From: Porphyridium purpureum
Lineage: Eukaryota
Direction: 5' to 3'
Assembly: GCA_008690995.1 (NCBI GenBank)
Contig: VRMN01000013.1
Location: forward strand, 372,001 to 406,628
DNA: 34,628 bases
Shown here piece by piece: positions 1 to 11,876 of the stretch (its first letter is position 1; each line of letters opens with the position of its first letter). Made by a program: the position numbers and the translations under genes. A model generated the notes under the pieces. It saw only the letters and a list, made by a program, of their open reading frames with translations. It ran no database searches and was not told the DNA's origin.

Positions 1-233
1 AATACTACTGAAAGAAAACCTCAAAAAAACCAATGGAAAGCTATATTTCCCGCTTTCACTAGATTTCGAGTGGCTACGAGCTTTTCCAAAAGTTTATCAA
101 GAGCGTTTCCTGAGTTTTCATAGCACTCAATCATTCCAAGCGTCCGAAGCTCCTTTGAAAGCCGTTGCCTGCTTTCCTGGTTCACGCGCGGGGTAATGTC
201 GAATTTGGCAATTAGAATCTGTATCGTGCTACC

Positions 234-252
234 TTTTTTTTTTTTTTTTTTT
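234..252. repeat. poly(T) tract (19 nt)
   Basis: Run of 19 T read directly. Confidence 0.9.
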
Positions 253-1851
253 CTGAAAGCAGAATTATAGCATGTAAATTGGCTCGGCAGATGTCGTCAC
301 CGTTAAATCCGTTATCTTTCTCTTTCCGCAGCGAAGTTTCCAGGTCCTGTTTGTTGACGGATGTTCACTCAAGGAATTTCGCCCGAGTTTTTGTTTTTCT
401 TGTTTCCTTTCTGCCTGTCCGAGCACGACATGACCGGCAATTCCAGTAAGGTCCATCGCATTTTGTGGTTTTCCCTCCCGTTGGGGACAGCAAAGCACTC
501 CGAGAATGGCAATGCAAATTATCGTCAGTTTCCCACGTCTAGAGGTTCCTATGAACATGGACTTTTCTAGAATCCCGAGCCAAATACTAGAAACCTTTAG
601 AAGTGGTTCAGCAGTTTCGCGAAGAAAGTGGACTTGTAGAGACACGGAGTCGAAAAAATAAAAGCACATCTTTCCACGACTTGAAATTGCGCGACAAGTC
701 ATGAGGCTTCCTGAACCATGTGATGAGACCGGTACCATTGAGTGACTCATCTTATCCATCTACGCGGCGTGCAAGCGATCTGGGGCATCCAAATTGAACT
801 ATTCCCAACTGAAAAAGAAACAAATTCCACGTTTCACCGCACGCTGTATGTGCTCGGGCCGAATCACCTTCTCGAATCTTTCAGTCGACCGTCAAGGGGG
901 AACTCTACGGGCCGCGCAGGAAGGAGAATTGGGTGAATTTTGTTCCAGATTCTACTCAATGAATCGATTATCTTTGCCCTGCGTAGAAACAGATTCGTCG
1001 GAACCGAGAGCGCTGCATAAAACTGTCCCGGCCTTGCACCTCTAGTGATCTTTTTCTTAACCTGCTGGCGTGAGCTTCAATGGGTTGTCTGAGGTGTCGT
1101 TCGAGCCGTATGTGTCAGAATCCGCTAAACGGCGGCGAATTGCGTTACAGGATTGGTATAAGAGCCAAATTGGAAATAAGCAGCCACTGGCTACCTTACG
1201 GACAGTTGACTGGCCTCTTCTTTGCGCCACGAGAGTCCGGTTTTGCATCGTATAGCATTTGAATGGTTGAGTTGGTAACGGGTGCGCACAATAATCGAAC
1301 AGTCTGTTTCCTGTCCACGCTCAACCTCGGACTGTCGCCAACCCCCTTCCCCGGTCCTCTGCTCTTCGCGGGCTCTTCTCACTTTCAACCTTTCGGCGAA
1401 CACTCACGCGCACCTTCAAACCATCGAATGTACTACCAACACCGGCATGCCAGGCTCAGGTCCTGTTCCACTTCTTCGCATTTTCAGTTCTGATTTTGCG
1501 ATTTTTCGAGTGCATGCTCCCCGGCTGCGGTCGAGTGGTGCGTTTTCGGCCTGTTGCAGCATTTCGTGTCCGAATTCAACGGCAAATCCGGCGTTTTTCT
1601 GACGGAATGACGGTGTTGACGCGTGCGCGATGAGCCCTGTGGAGCACAGTGTGGGTTGGAGCTGCGAATCGAGGAACCCGGCCGGCCTTGGCGACTACGG
1701 ACGTCACCAGTGAACGCGCGTCTGTAGCTGAAGCGCGGCAAGAAAAAAAGACCGGCGGTGGTGTGTGTGCGTGGGCGGGCGGGTGGGTGTGCGGGGTTCG
1801 CAAACGGCGCGAAGCGGGTATCCGGAGGGAGGCGCGGACGGCAAGGGAGTG

Positions 1852-3960
1852 ATGGCGGCCGTGCTGACTCTGACGGCGCATCGCCTTGGGGTGACTGCGG
1901 TGCAGTTCTCGCACGATAGCCGGTTCATCAAGTCCGGCAGCTGGGACAAGACAGTCAAGGTATGGGACTCACGTACCGGCGCACAGGTGCGCACTATGAC
2001 CGGGCACGCAAGTGTGGTGCGGGCGGTGGATATTTCGCACGATGACCGGTTCATTGTGTCCGGCAGCAAGGACAAGATGGTCATGGTGTGGGACACACAA
2101 ACCGGCACGTGCGTGCGCACCATGATGGAGCGCTCAGATGACGTGCGCGCGGTTAGCTTTTCGCCCGATGGTCGGTTCATCGCGTCTGCGAGCAAGGATA
2201 AGACGGTCAAGGTCTGGGACGCAAGCACCGGGGCGTGCGTGCGCACCATGATGGAGCACTCAGATGAAGTACGTGCGGTGCGCTTTTCGCCGGATGGCCG
2301 GCTTATCGCGTCCGGCAGCAATGATTGCACGGTCAAGGTCTGGGACGTAAGCACCGGGACGTGCGTGCGCACTGTGACGGGGCATTCAAATTTGGTATGG
2401 GCGGTGGACTTTTCGCCCGATGGCCGGTTCATCGCGTCCGGCAGCTGTGACGACACGATCAAGTTGTGGGACGCAAAGACCGGCGAGTGCATGCTCACCA
2501 TGGTGGGGCATTCCAGTTCTGTGCGGACGGTGCAATTCTCGCCCAATGGCCGTTTGATTGCATCTGGAAGCGACGACGAGACGGTCAAGGTGTGGGACGC
2601 ACAAACCGGCACGTGCGTGCGCACGATGACGGGGCATTCAGACCAGGTGAACGCGGTGCACTTCTCACCCGACGGCCAGTTCATTGCGTCCAGCAGCGAG
2701 GACAAGACGATCAAGGTATGGGACACAAGCGACCTGAAGTGCGGCTCCGCAAGCGTGTCAAGTGCAGCCGACGAGGAACAGTATTGCAGGGCGTACTGGG
2801 CGGTTGCCGTTTCAGAGAATAGCGGAGCGCTGGACGCTCAGGAGGCGCAGGCGTTTTTCTCAAATGCGCAGCTGTCGGCGTCGGTGCTTTATCAGATGTG
2901 GAATGAGATTGTGACAGCTCGCCGCAAGCGCGCGCTGAGCTATGACGATTTTGTGCTCGCGCTGCGGTGGGTTGCGCTGGCGCAGAACGGCGAGGAGGCT
3001 AGCCTTGCGCGTGTGGAGAAAGGTTCGTCTTCACTGCGGGCCAAGATAGACGTGCCGGAGCGGAACCCGTTTGTCAAGGGCGTGCGTTCGCAGTTGGAGA
3101 CATCACGGTTCGACGAGTACTGGAAGGTGGCCGACGCGGACGGAAGCGGTGAGGTGGACGTGCAGAAAGCGGTTGCGTTTTTGTCCAAGTCTGGCCTGCG
3201 GAACCGCGTGCTGAATGAGATCTGGGGCCTTGCGACCAGCCAGGGGGTGTATTCGTCGCTGGACATGGAGCGGTTTAAGACAGTGCTGCGGCTGGTGGCG
3301 ATGGCACAGAAGGGAATGAAGCTGGATTTGAACGAGGCGGAGAGCGGGGAGATGGAACTGATTGCGGATATCAAGGTCGAGTCCGCAAAGCCTGTGCCAG
3401 AGCATGCAGCAGAGCCTGCACCAGTGCCTGCACCAGTGCCTGCACCAGAGCCTGCGCCAAAGCCTGTGATTCCGGTCGGGCTGTCTTCAGACGACGAGTC
3501 GGACACCGAATTGGACAGTATGCTTACGGAAACCCCCCTTGATGATATGACTTGTGAGCAGCTGGCCCGAGTTCTGGAAAAGGTCTTGCAGGTTGACCTG
3601 GAATCGGTGAAAAATGTGAGGGAGCGCAAGGTGAACGGGGAGGCGCTGCACGATATGAAGGAGTTTCAAGAGTTTGTGCAGCTGTCGTTCCCGGACAAGA
3701 GGAAAATTGAAAAATGGGTGGCAGGGCGGAAATCGTACGAAGGCTTCGAGGAGTATTTGAAGGGTGTCCTCGGTGGCGACTCGGAGCGTGCTGAGCATGC
3801 TTGTGCGTTGCTTTTAGAATCCCATGCTGTGTCGAATTTGGACGAGTGGTTGTGGTTCCGGAAGCAGCCTAGCAAGCGAACAAATATGAGGGCGATTGTG
3901 CGGCTTTTCCCGGAGCTTGGCACGTGGCCGGGAGGACCAGACGCAAAGGAGTTGAAGTAG
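1852..3960 (+). CDS. WD40 beta-propeller (7 repeats) + two EH (Eps15-homology) domains + Pro/Ala linker + SAM-like domain protein
   Basis: ORF 1765..3960, first ATG at 1852. Seven 42-aa repeats (GH..V.AV.FSPDG..IASGS.D.TVKVWD). Two EH-like units (YWKVADADGSGEV...AVAFLSKSGL...VLNEIWGLA...LDMERFKTVLRLVAMAQ and a similar upstream copy). PAPVPAPEP linker. C-terminal MTCEQLARVL...KVNGEALHDM resembles a SAM domain (weaker call). Confidence 0.88.
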   Translation: MAAVLTLTAHRLGVTAVQFSHDSRFIKSGSWDKTVKVWDSRTGAQVRTMTGHASVVRAVDISHDDRFIVSGSKDKMVMVWDTQTGTCVRTMMERSDDVRAVSFSPDGRFIASASKDKTVKVWDASTGACVRTMMEHSDEVRAVRFSPDGRLIASGSNDCTVKVWDVSTGTCVRTVTGHSNLVWAVDFSPDGRFIASGSCDDTIKLWDAKTGECMLTMVGHSSSVRTVQFSPNGRLIASGSDDETVKVWDAQTGTCVRTMTGHSDQVNAVHFSPDGQFIASSSEDKTIKVWDTSDLKCGSASVSSAADEEQYCRAYWAVAVSENSGALDAQEAQAFFSNAQLSASVLYQMWNEIVTARRKRALSYDDFVLALRWVALAQNGEEASLARVEKGSSSLRAKIDVPERNPFVKGVRSQLETSRFDEYWKVADADGSGEVDVQKAVAFLSKSGLRNRVLNEIWGLATSQGVYSSLDMERFKTVLRLVAMAQKGMKLDLNEAESGEMELIADIKVESAKPVPEHAAEPAPVPAPVPAPEPAPKPVIPVGLSSDDESDTELDSMLTETPLDDMTCEQLARVLEKVLQVDLESVKNVRERKVNGEALHDMKEFQEFVQLSFPDKRKIEKWVAGRKSYEGFEEYLKGVLGGDSERAEHACALLLESHAVSNLDEWLWFRKQPSKRTNMRAIVRLFPELGTWPGGPDAKELK

Positions 3961-6778
3961 GCCGAAGCTGGTGTCTTTGCCTTTTGGTGAGATCGCACAT
4001 TAACTCGGGGCCGCACCGGTCGCTCGACAATGCTGGTCGTGCACACGCGAGAGGGGGGAAGAGACTTATTAGACGCTGTGAAGGTCGAAGGAATTGCCGA
4101 GCCTGGGGTGGTGGGTTTGGCTTGCCGGCGAAATGCTAGAATGTCTTGTCAAACTGCGGACCGCCTGGAAGCCGCGCCCAAGTGGCCAGGCCTGGGGAAT
4201 GGTATACTGACCGTGGCTGATACGTCCCAGCACTTGCGCCTTTTTCAAACTCAGCAATCGCTTGAGCTGCGGTTTGGAAGCCACGCGCCGCGCTTTTCCT
4301 GGTACGCGATGAATGTGCGCTCGCGCCCACGCGCTGGGGAGACGATTACGAAGCGACGATTGAGAGAAAGGACTCAACGCAAACGTGCGCCATCAATCAG
4401 CAAGCCGCGCCTGGCCAAGTGGGTAAGGGTCTGCGTGTGGTGTGAGGCCGCCAAGACAGACGTGTAAACTTTAAACGGCATTTTCAGAAAAAAATGGCTG
4501 ATGACAGGAAAAGCTGCCGAGGATGACCTTGTTGAGATCATGTGTATGTACCTTGCAAATGCCATGCACACGGACACGTTCCTCGAGTAACTTTGCCACT
4601 CGGCAATTTCCGCCGTGCCCGCCCTATGCAAAGTATTTCCTCAACCACAAATATGCACACAGGCACACTAGACATTCTCACGCCTTTTGCCCACACATGA
4701 CCACTGTTCCATCTGACACTGCCACACGCACCTGCTCTTGCTCACGGAACTACCGACATCTAGCAAGCAGATACCGGGTCGGCTGTGCTTGCTTTTCCCC
4801 TTTCACCAAGCCGACATCTCGCTGTGCATTCTCGGGCAAGTTCCAGAAGCCGGCCTTGCACGCATGCTTCAGACATGGTACGTGTGGGGACTGTCAGAAT
4901 ATTTGCCATGTATTTGTCGGAGCGCACGTCATCGCCAGACAGCAACGTTGAGCCACGTCCAGACAAACAGTCGAGCCAGCATTTCCAACACTAGGCTGAG
5001 CATTTTCCGAGGTACCAGTACTTCGAGATAACCGACCAGAAGGATGCCGATATGCGTGTGCGCCTGTCCACCAGGACTTTTCTGCAACTTTCACATCAAC
5101 TTGCGGCGCTGCTGCCAAGGTTGGGAGCCGGTTGTGGCGCAGTGTAGCATGGAAAGAGCGTCAAAATGGAGCGACAAGAGAGCCTGTGAAAACAAGCAGA
5201 GGCGTGGTCTATTCGCGCGCTGTCTGGAGAGGAGCTACACGGCAGTGAGACATTCCTCTGCGACCTTGGAGGAAGCGGCTTCCGCACGGGCAGACCTTGC
5301 GGCTGGAGATGGAGAAAAAACCAAGAGCATGTATACCTCAACATGCGCATGGTGAACATAACGGATAGAGTGGGAGCTTAGAGGATTCGTATGCAATACA
5401 TGGAAACAGTGGATGCCGTGCTCATTCTCAATTCAAGCAATTGATGGCAACTCGGTCAATCCTGTCAATTCGTGATAATGCAATCTTTGTGTCTGACATG
5501 TTGGATCTTTTCACACCGCGTCTCTCAAAGACCACGACCTGTGAGATTTTGTGAGTGAAAGTTACGCGCTTTTTATGCGTTTGTATTGTCGAGCCAAATA
5601 TGCGTCTCACGAATTGAAGCTTTCACGACGGCTGTTTTCATCACTCGTTTTGCCCAAAGTGTGCATCTGCGTTGCGTGTGCCACAATGGTTTGACTGCCA
5701 TGGGGCAAGGTATACCACATCTGTCGTATCTGCTGGCCTGCTGTCCCGCCAACACGATCCACAGCGTGCCATCGAAGGCGCAGCCCTTTCACTTTAGCAT
5801 CTGCGCGGCTTGGTTGTTCTGCGAACAGCCCATGGCCATGGCTTGCTCTTTACGACGTAAACTGCAAAACCGAATTCACGTCCGGCGCTTGAGATACTAC
5901 CACATAAATACTTTGTTCGAGGCAATTTCAGCCACGGCTACATTTTGAGCCAAGTTCATGTGCACACAAAACCACTCTCACCGCATCGCTCACGGCACAA
6001 GCGCGCGCCACGTCGAACAGTAGCACTGTGTGAATCAAACCTGTGCTGGTTTATCGCACCCGTGCGCGCTTCTCGCGCCCGCTCGCCACGGCGCCGCGCT
6101 GTACCTCGAATGTTTGCGAGAATCGCAAATCGGCGCTGCGTTGACACGTGCCACTCGCGCGCACCGGCTCGCACACCGCCGCGTAGTATTAAATCAGCGC
6201 GTTTTGGAATGATCAATTGTGGCGGCGTCCGGTCGAATTTCAACAGCGCTGCCACAGCAGGCGTTGTGTGCGCGCGTAGAAAAAGCGCCCAATTTCGACG
6301 TGGGTTTCGCGGGAGGGAATGAAAGAACGGCGGGAATAGAAGTTTAAGTGTCGTCGATTGTACATGAGGAATGAGCAGCTTGACGAGTCAGACGCGCGCA
6401 GCTGGTTTCTCGGACAGCACGCCGTTTGTCGGGCACGCAACTATGGATTGATTTGTGAAGTGTCTCTCTCGCGGCACAGAACTGCGATGGAGTGTTTCTG
6501 CGCGGACTGCGTTGCATTCATAGACAGGCACGGCGGGATAAGCACAACGGGCACTTAAGCGGGTCTACTCTGATCGGGTGTTCCGGCAGTTACGAGAGAA
6601 GAGGCGAACGGGAAAAAGGCAGGGACGCTCGTGTGGGTGGACAAGTTGGAGTCGGCTTTCGTCGGTGGCATAGGTCGTGGCGTCGTGGGTTGTTGATGTA
6701 AATTCCTGGCGGTGGGTTACGCGCGGGTGTATTTTGACGTGGTCAAGCCGGTGAGGCAAGCAAGCTGACGGAATTGCG

Positions 6779-8530
6779 ATGGCGACGGGTAATCGAACCG
6801 AGTGGAGGGAGGACCTCAAAGCAGATGGCGCAAGTTCCGACGACGGTAGGGAACTGATTCCGTTTGTACATACCATTCACACGGTGACCAAAATCATTGG
6901 AGAATATGCGCGGGCTGCGCAGACGAATCAAGTATCTTGTGAAATGCTTGCCGAGCGGGCCTCGAGCATCTCGAACACCCTGCGTACATATTTTGGCACC
7001 AAAGACGAAATATGTATCAATGGTGCACATGATGTGAAGGACTCTAGCATGATTGAGTGTATAAGCGAGCTGGAGTCTGAACTGCAGTCTGCGTGTGCCC
7101 TGGTGAAGCGATTTTCCAGTCCAGAGAAGTGGATCGAAAAAGCGCTTCGCGCCTTGAAGGCACAAAGCTATCAGCGCGAGTTCCTGACGTGCGAAGCACG
7201 CCTCGTCGAGCTTGAGGCGCGAGTGTCGCGGATTCTCCTTTTCAAAGTTGCGCACGAACAGAGGCAGAAAAACGAAGTTATGATTGGGAAATTGGAAGCC
7301 GCTCTGCGCAATTTGGAAGCTGTTCCACACGAAATGGTTCGCGCTCTTGAAGCAGACGGACCGCGCGACCCAGTTGAATTTGAGACTGAGCTTCGATCTC
7401 ATCCTGAATCAGGCGCTGTGCCGGGCGTGCACGGCATAGAAGTGAAAAGCACCTGTTCGTTCTTACGCACGGCGAATTCTGGGCGTCCATCAAATGAGCC
7501 CGAAGGAAGTGAACCTTGGTATGTTGAGGCGGCGTCCGCTGAAAAGTACCAGACTCTTGTTGACGGCAAGTGTGTATCATTTGTTTCCCTTGGTGGCGGT
7601 GGCTACGGGAACGTTTTTCACGGCAAGTTTTTGGGACAGGAAGTAGCCATCAAAGAGATGAGGTCGACAGGCAACGAGGCGCTGGCTGTGCTGAGGAACG
7701 AGATGGGTATTATGTGGAGGCTTTCACACGAAAACGTCGTACGTACGCACGGCGGGTTTTACCCACAGACGGGGGTGCAACCGCATAAAATTATGAGCCC
7801 ATTTATTCTGCTCGAGTACGCCCCAAAGGGTTCATTAGAAAAGTACATGTTCCATGACAGCAGAAACAGCTTGCTATCACGTGAAGAGCTACTCAGAATC
7901 TTTCGATGCATTATAGATGGCTTGAAGTACTTGCACATGAACGAGATCATTCATCGCGATATGAAACCCCAGAATGTCCTCCTGATGGGTGACTGGACTC
8001 CGAAGATTAGCGATTTCAGGCTGGCTACCGAGATGAATTCGCATTCACTTGCGAACACAAGGCCTTTTACCAGCGGGTACATGGCACCGGAGGTTATCCG
8101 TGGCGACCAGTACGACTGCTCCTGCGACGTGTGGTCGTACGGCGTCATGTTGTTTGAAATGATGCTCGGCGAGACGATGTTTGGGAGCCAGCACACGGAT
8201 TTCCAAATTTTGGAGATTCTCGAAGATCCGAAGCGTGGTGTGCCATGGGACAGACTGAACAAGTCGGAGTACGCAAACCAATGGCCGGCCTGGGTTAAGG
8301 AAATAGCTAGGGCGTGTCTGCAGACCACGCCCGAGAAGCGCCCTACTGTGTCGGATATCTTGGTGGAGTTTTATGACAGTATGGGTTCGAAGGGGGCCAC
8401 TGCCGCTGCAAAGTCTTCGACCGCTCATCATGCTGCGTCCCTGTTTGGCTCCAGCACGGCAAGGGATGATGGATTGGCAGCAAACTCTTCGCAGGGCACA
8501 ATGGCATCTGATAGGTCGGCAGTCCCATGA
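6779..8530 (+). CDS. Protein kinase with N-terminal MLKL-like four-helix bundle; DFG changed to DFR; truncated before its Sel1 tail
   Basis: GGGGYGNV, VAIK, HRDMKPQN, DFR, APE and DVWSYG motifs. N-terminal ARAAQTNQVSCEMLAERASSI...WIEKALRALKAQSYQREF resembles MLKL-type N-terminal domains. Confidence 0.85.
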   Translation: MATGNRTEWREDLKADGASSDDGRELIPFVHTIHTVTKIIGEYARAAQTNQVSCEMLAERASSISNTLRTYFGTKDEICINGAHDVKDSSMIECISELESELQSACALVKRFSSPEKWIEKALRALKAQSYQREFLTCEARLVELEARVSRILLFKVAHEQRQKNEVMIGKLEAALRNLEAVPHEMVRALEADGPRDPVEFETELRSHPESGAVPGVHGIEVKSTCSFLRTANSGRPSNEPEGSEPWYVEAASAEKYQTLVDGKCVSFVSLGGGGYGNVFHGKFLGQEVAIKEMRSTGNEALAVLRNEMGIMWRLSHENVVRTHGGFYPQTGVQPHKIMSPFILLEYAPKGSLEKYMFHDSRNSLLSREELLRIFRCIIDGLKYLHMNEIIHRDMKPQNVLLMGDWTPKISDFRLATEMNSHSLANTRPFTSGYMAPEVIRGDQYDCSCDVWSYGVMLFEMMLGETMFGSQHTDFQILEILEDPKRGVPWDRLNKSEYANQWPAWVKEIARACLQTTPEKRPTVSDILVEFYDSMGSKGATAAAKSSTAHHAASLFGSSTARDDGLAANSSQGTMASDRSAVP

Positions 8531-9261
8531 TCAAGCACCGGAGGTGGCGCAGCGGGGCCGGGTGGATCCCGGGCGGCGAAAACGCTGAATGTAGATGATA
8601 AGCTATGCTTCGCAGAATAGTGGGAGAAAGTCGGGAACATGGAGTACGCGTACGGGTATTTCAAGCTAGCAGCGGAAGCAGGCGTCGCAGTAGGCCAGTT
8701 CCAATAGGGCCAAATTTTGCTCGACGGCTCGCATGACACAAGCCAGCACTTGGAACATGGCGCCGGTTGCATACGCGCAGCTGCTGAGAAAGGACGCACG
8801 GACGCCATGATTGAGTATGGCCGCTGCCACCACTCTGGGCGGGGGTGCCGCAAAACTGGAGCCTTGCGAAGGAGTGGTATACAAAGGCCACGAAGCTCGG
8901 CAGTTCGGCGGAGTCCGAATGATTCAAGGCGTTGGAGACCGAAGAGCAAACGGCGCTTCGAAGTAGGCAGCTTGAGGACGAGAAGAAGAGAATGCAGCGT
9001 GCGCGTAAAGCTGAGTAGCACGCGGCCGCTGGACACCAGGCGGCTGCAGAGAAGCTAGATCGCCTCGAGAAGGTGGCGCAAGATCTGGCGGAGCAAGCGC
9101 GCCGCGCGAGGGAGGCGCGAGATCTGGCCGAATATCGCGCCGCTGCCGAATATCGCGCCGGTGCCGAGCAACCGCGCCGCGACGCCGCAGACTGGCAGCA
9201 ACGTGGCCAGACGGAGCAATTCAATAACAACAATCTCACGGAGGCGCTGTTGTGGAACTAA
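8531..9261 (+). pseudogene. Decayed Sel1-like repeats and Ala/Glu/Arg coiled-coil tail of the kinase gene
   Basis: The kinase frame continues past TGA 8528 into YGYFKLAAEAGVAVGQFQ*G and IRAAAEKGRTDAMIEYGRCHHSGRG, with TAG at 8618 and 8705. After a frameshift near 8855 it reads AKEWYTKATKLG, then DLAEQARRAREARDLAEYRAAAE with further stops. Confidence 0.78.
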
Positions 9262-9434
9262 GGGAAGAGTATCGGCTGAAAGTCCCGCGGATCGAGCTGC
9301 AGCTCTGATGCCGGGACGTCGCCTCATCAACGCACACAGATCTGTGGCTTGTCGACACGGTAAATCAGATAGTGACTCGAGCACTACTGTCACACTATGG
9401 TAGAGTAATGGCCAGACATGTGCCGTGTCGCCAG

Positions 9435-9503
9435 TCCCTTTTGACCTCCTCACCATTCCCTTTTGACCTCCTCACCATTCCCTTTTCACCGGACCTCCAT
9501 CAT
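9435..9503. repeat. 22-bp tandem repeat (TCCCTTTTGACCTCCTCACCAT x2 + degenerate third copy)
   Basis: Units start at 9435, 9457 and 9479. Confidence 0.85.
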
Positions 9504-9662
9504 TTTATAGTCAAATGGATCATTTTACCGGTAAAACTGAACAAACGGTACTGTCCCTGTCTGTTTCGATCGCACTCTCCGTTCTGGGTCTGCACAAGGA
9601 CTTTGGGTGCGCAGGTGCTGAAGCAGAGATGCTCGGCGAAGGTTTGCTTGAGAAGCTGGATC

Positions 9663-11108
9663 ATGGAAGACCGGTTCAGTGAGACGGACCGTGACGGAGA
9701 GGCGACCGTGAATTTTGGATACGCACGGAGGCGAGTTGCGTTCGTTGTGGTCGGAGCTGTGATTGGGTTGTTCGTTTCAACGGGGGCGGTGGCACTCTGG
9801 TGGCCAGGCCACGACGTGGCGTCGGCGTGGAGGCCAGGTGGAACGAAGTACGCCGACGCAACGTCCATTGCATCGAGGCTGCTGGATCGCCCGAAAGCGC
9901 CGCCATCGATACACAGAGACAGCACAGTGACGCGATCGAGGCCGTCGGATCCGTCACGTCGCACGGTTTCGCCGTCATCAAACCGATCACAGAATGTGGC
10001 GACTTCGCTCAAGCTGTCGGACGGCCTGATATGTCAAAAAATCCTGAAGTCCAACGCATACGGCAGGCATGGTGCCCACGCGTGCTTCCAGCGCCAAGTG
10101 CTTCCACAGCTCAAGGAACCATGCGGGCTTGTTCCTGGAAAGACCGTGTTCCACACGTTGAGCACCTATTTTCCAGAGCGGCTCGAGAATGAGAGCAGGG
10201 TCGCGCTACGTACGCAGCTCGATGCGTTTGCCGTCACGCAAAATCTGGCGCACAGCGTCATGTACGTGTGGTGCCTCGAATGGATGCCAGAGCTCGCGAC
10301 CGATATCCAAGCGCGCTACGAAAGTGCGGTGCAACTCCGATTGCTCGAGTACGAGACGCTTGTCCGCAGCACAGTGCTGCGCGACTCGTTCTATGATCAG
10401 CCACCGCACGCTCTGGCAGCGTACGTGCAAAAGAAGATTGGTAACGTCGTCACCTTTGTGGACCTGCTCAAGTACTTGCTACTACACGAGCACGGAGGCA
10501 TTTGGCTCGACGTAGACGCAATTCCCATGCGTGATTTCAAGCCCCTGGTCGCGCTAGGTGTGCAAATCTTTCCTCACACCGGCCGAATAGGCAACAACCA
10601 CATGCTTTTGTTCCACAGGCGGTCGGCTCTGATGGAGCGCTTACTGTGGATCATCCGGGCGTGCGACGTGAGCAATCGGGACTCGTGCCGTGAGCACACG
10701 AGAAACGAGTCACTCACGAAGCTTGCGCACTGGGTTTTGAACGATGCTGTAGAGAGCAAGCTGCGTGAGGATGTGCGGCTGCGCCCAACAGATGATGTAG
10801 AAGATCAGTACTCGCGATTCTCGATCAATGCGTTCGACCCTCTGTGGGGCTGCTCCGGTATGTTCCAGCCGCTGGCCGACATCATTGCGACGCGAAAGCT
10901 GGAGGAGGCTTTCGCGGCTGGTACAATCACCGCGGAGTCGCTGCTGTCCCGTCACTTTTTGCACTTTTTCACTCTGCATTCTCGGTTTCCCAAGCTTGAA
11001 AAATACGCGGCGTACGTAGATGTGGTCCGGAGGATAACAAACGACGTCTGGCTGGCGCATGGCCGGCACTTTCCGCAGGCAGCCATCAACCTCAGCGATC
11101 GGCCCTAA
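9663..11108 (+). CDS. Type II membrane DXD-motif glycosyltransferase (GT32 / Gly_transf_sug-like)
   Basis: ATG 9663 is followed by RRR and a TM helix (VAFVVVGAVIGLFVSTGAVALWW), a Ser/Pro/Arg stem, and VDLLKYLLLHEHGGIWLDVDAIPMRDF. Confidence 0.82.
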   Translation: MEDRFSETDRDGEATVNFGYARRRVAFVVVGAVIGLFVSTGAVALWWPGHDVASAWRPGGTKYADATSIASRLLDRPKAPPSIHRDSTVTRSRPSDPSRRTVSPSSNRSQNVATSLKLSDGLICQKILKSNAYGRHGAHACFQRQVLPQLKEPCGLVPGKTVFHTLSTYFPERLENESRVALRTQLDAFAVTQNLAHSVMYVWCLEWMPELATDIQARYESAVQLRLLEYETLVRSTVLRDSFYDQPPHALAAYVQKKIGNVVTFVDLLKYLLLHEHGGIWLDVDAIPMRDFKPLVALGVQIFPHTGRIGNNHMLLFHRRSALMERLLWIIRACDVSNRDSCREHTRNESLTKLAHWVLNDAVESKLREDVRLRPTDDVEDQYSRFSINAFDPLWGCSGMFQPLADIIATRKLEEAFAAGTITAESLLSRHFLHFFTLHSRFPKLEKYAAYVDVVRRITNDVWLAHGRHFPQAAINLSDRP

Positions 11109-11876
11109 TACATAGATGGAGATACATTACGGAGCTCGGGTGCAAAGGGTAGCATTGACGCCTGCGCCGTGACTAGAAGCGCTTTGAAAGGACTGCGGCC
11201 GCGCTTAAAAGCCTTGACTGGGGGACTCGACGAGCATTGGGCCCATTGCAAGCGGCTCATGATACGCTGCTACGTCCGCGGATGGGACGCTAAAGTGAGC
11301 GCTTAGCGCAGTGAGCAAAGCCAGTAGACGGTCAACGGTGCCCTAACTCTTTCGCCGCGAGCTCTGTCGATCATGCGCTCAGCTCACTCCAGCGCTCCGG
11401 AATGGGAAGACGGTTTTAAGGCTGGGAGTTCCCAGGCCACCGTACTTCCCCTAACAGACGTCGGAGACCTTGTGGATGTTGTGGTCAGCGAACGCAGTGA
11501 GCCATGCGAACCAGGCGAACTTACGCATGTCGCATTTTTGCCCTCATCGGCGAAAACCAAGATGGTACCGTTCCGCCGATCATGGAGGCCTCGGTCTCGG
11601 CCGCGGGTGCCCGCTTGACTTCAGCCTCCCAGTCACAAGCCGACGCCGCGTTTTCCGGTGGCGCGGGAGTCCGCCAGCAACTCATCTCTGGTAGCTACGG
11701 CTCTGCAGTGCTGACACCAGTCGGCACGACTTTTCACCATGGCAGATGACTCGTGGACGGGAGGGGGCTTTCTACACCAACCTGCTCGTGCAACTCCGTT
11801 CCCGGTCGTTGCTGGTCTTGTTTTATGAATACAGCGCGCCGGGTGAACCAGCGGATTGCCGACTTTCGGGTGTCAC

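Noticed and set aside
234..1260. Poly(T) as the tail of a minus-strand LINE or retrocopy
   Set aside because: No RT, endonuclease or other recognisable protein in adjacent frames, and no target-site duplication found.
1704..3629. Minus-strand ORFs of 340 and 229 aa
   Set aside because: Antisense shadows of the WD40-EH gene.
4480..5360. Possible Sel1-like remnants
   Set aside because: Only isolated short peptide resemblances on both strands; no consistent frame.
9372..9662. N-terminal extension of the glycosyltransferase ORF (likewise 1765..1851 of the WD40 ORF)
   Set aside because: The ORF-track starts are non-ATG; the GT extension runs through a DNA repeat, and ATG 9663 gives a normal type II membrane topology.
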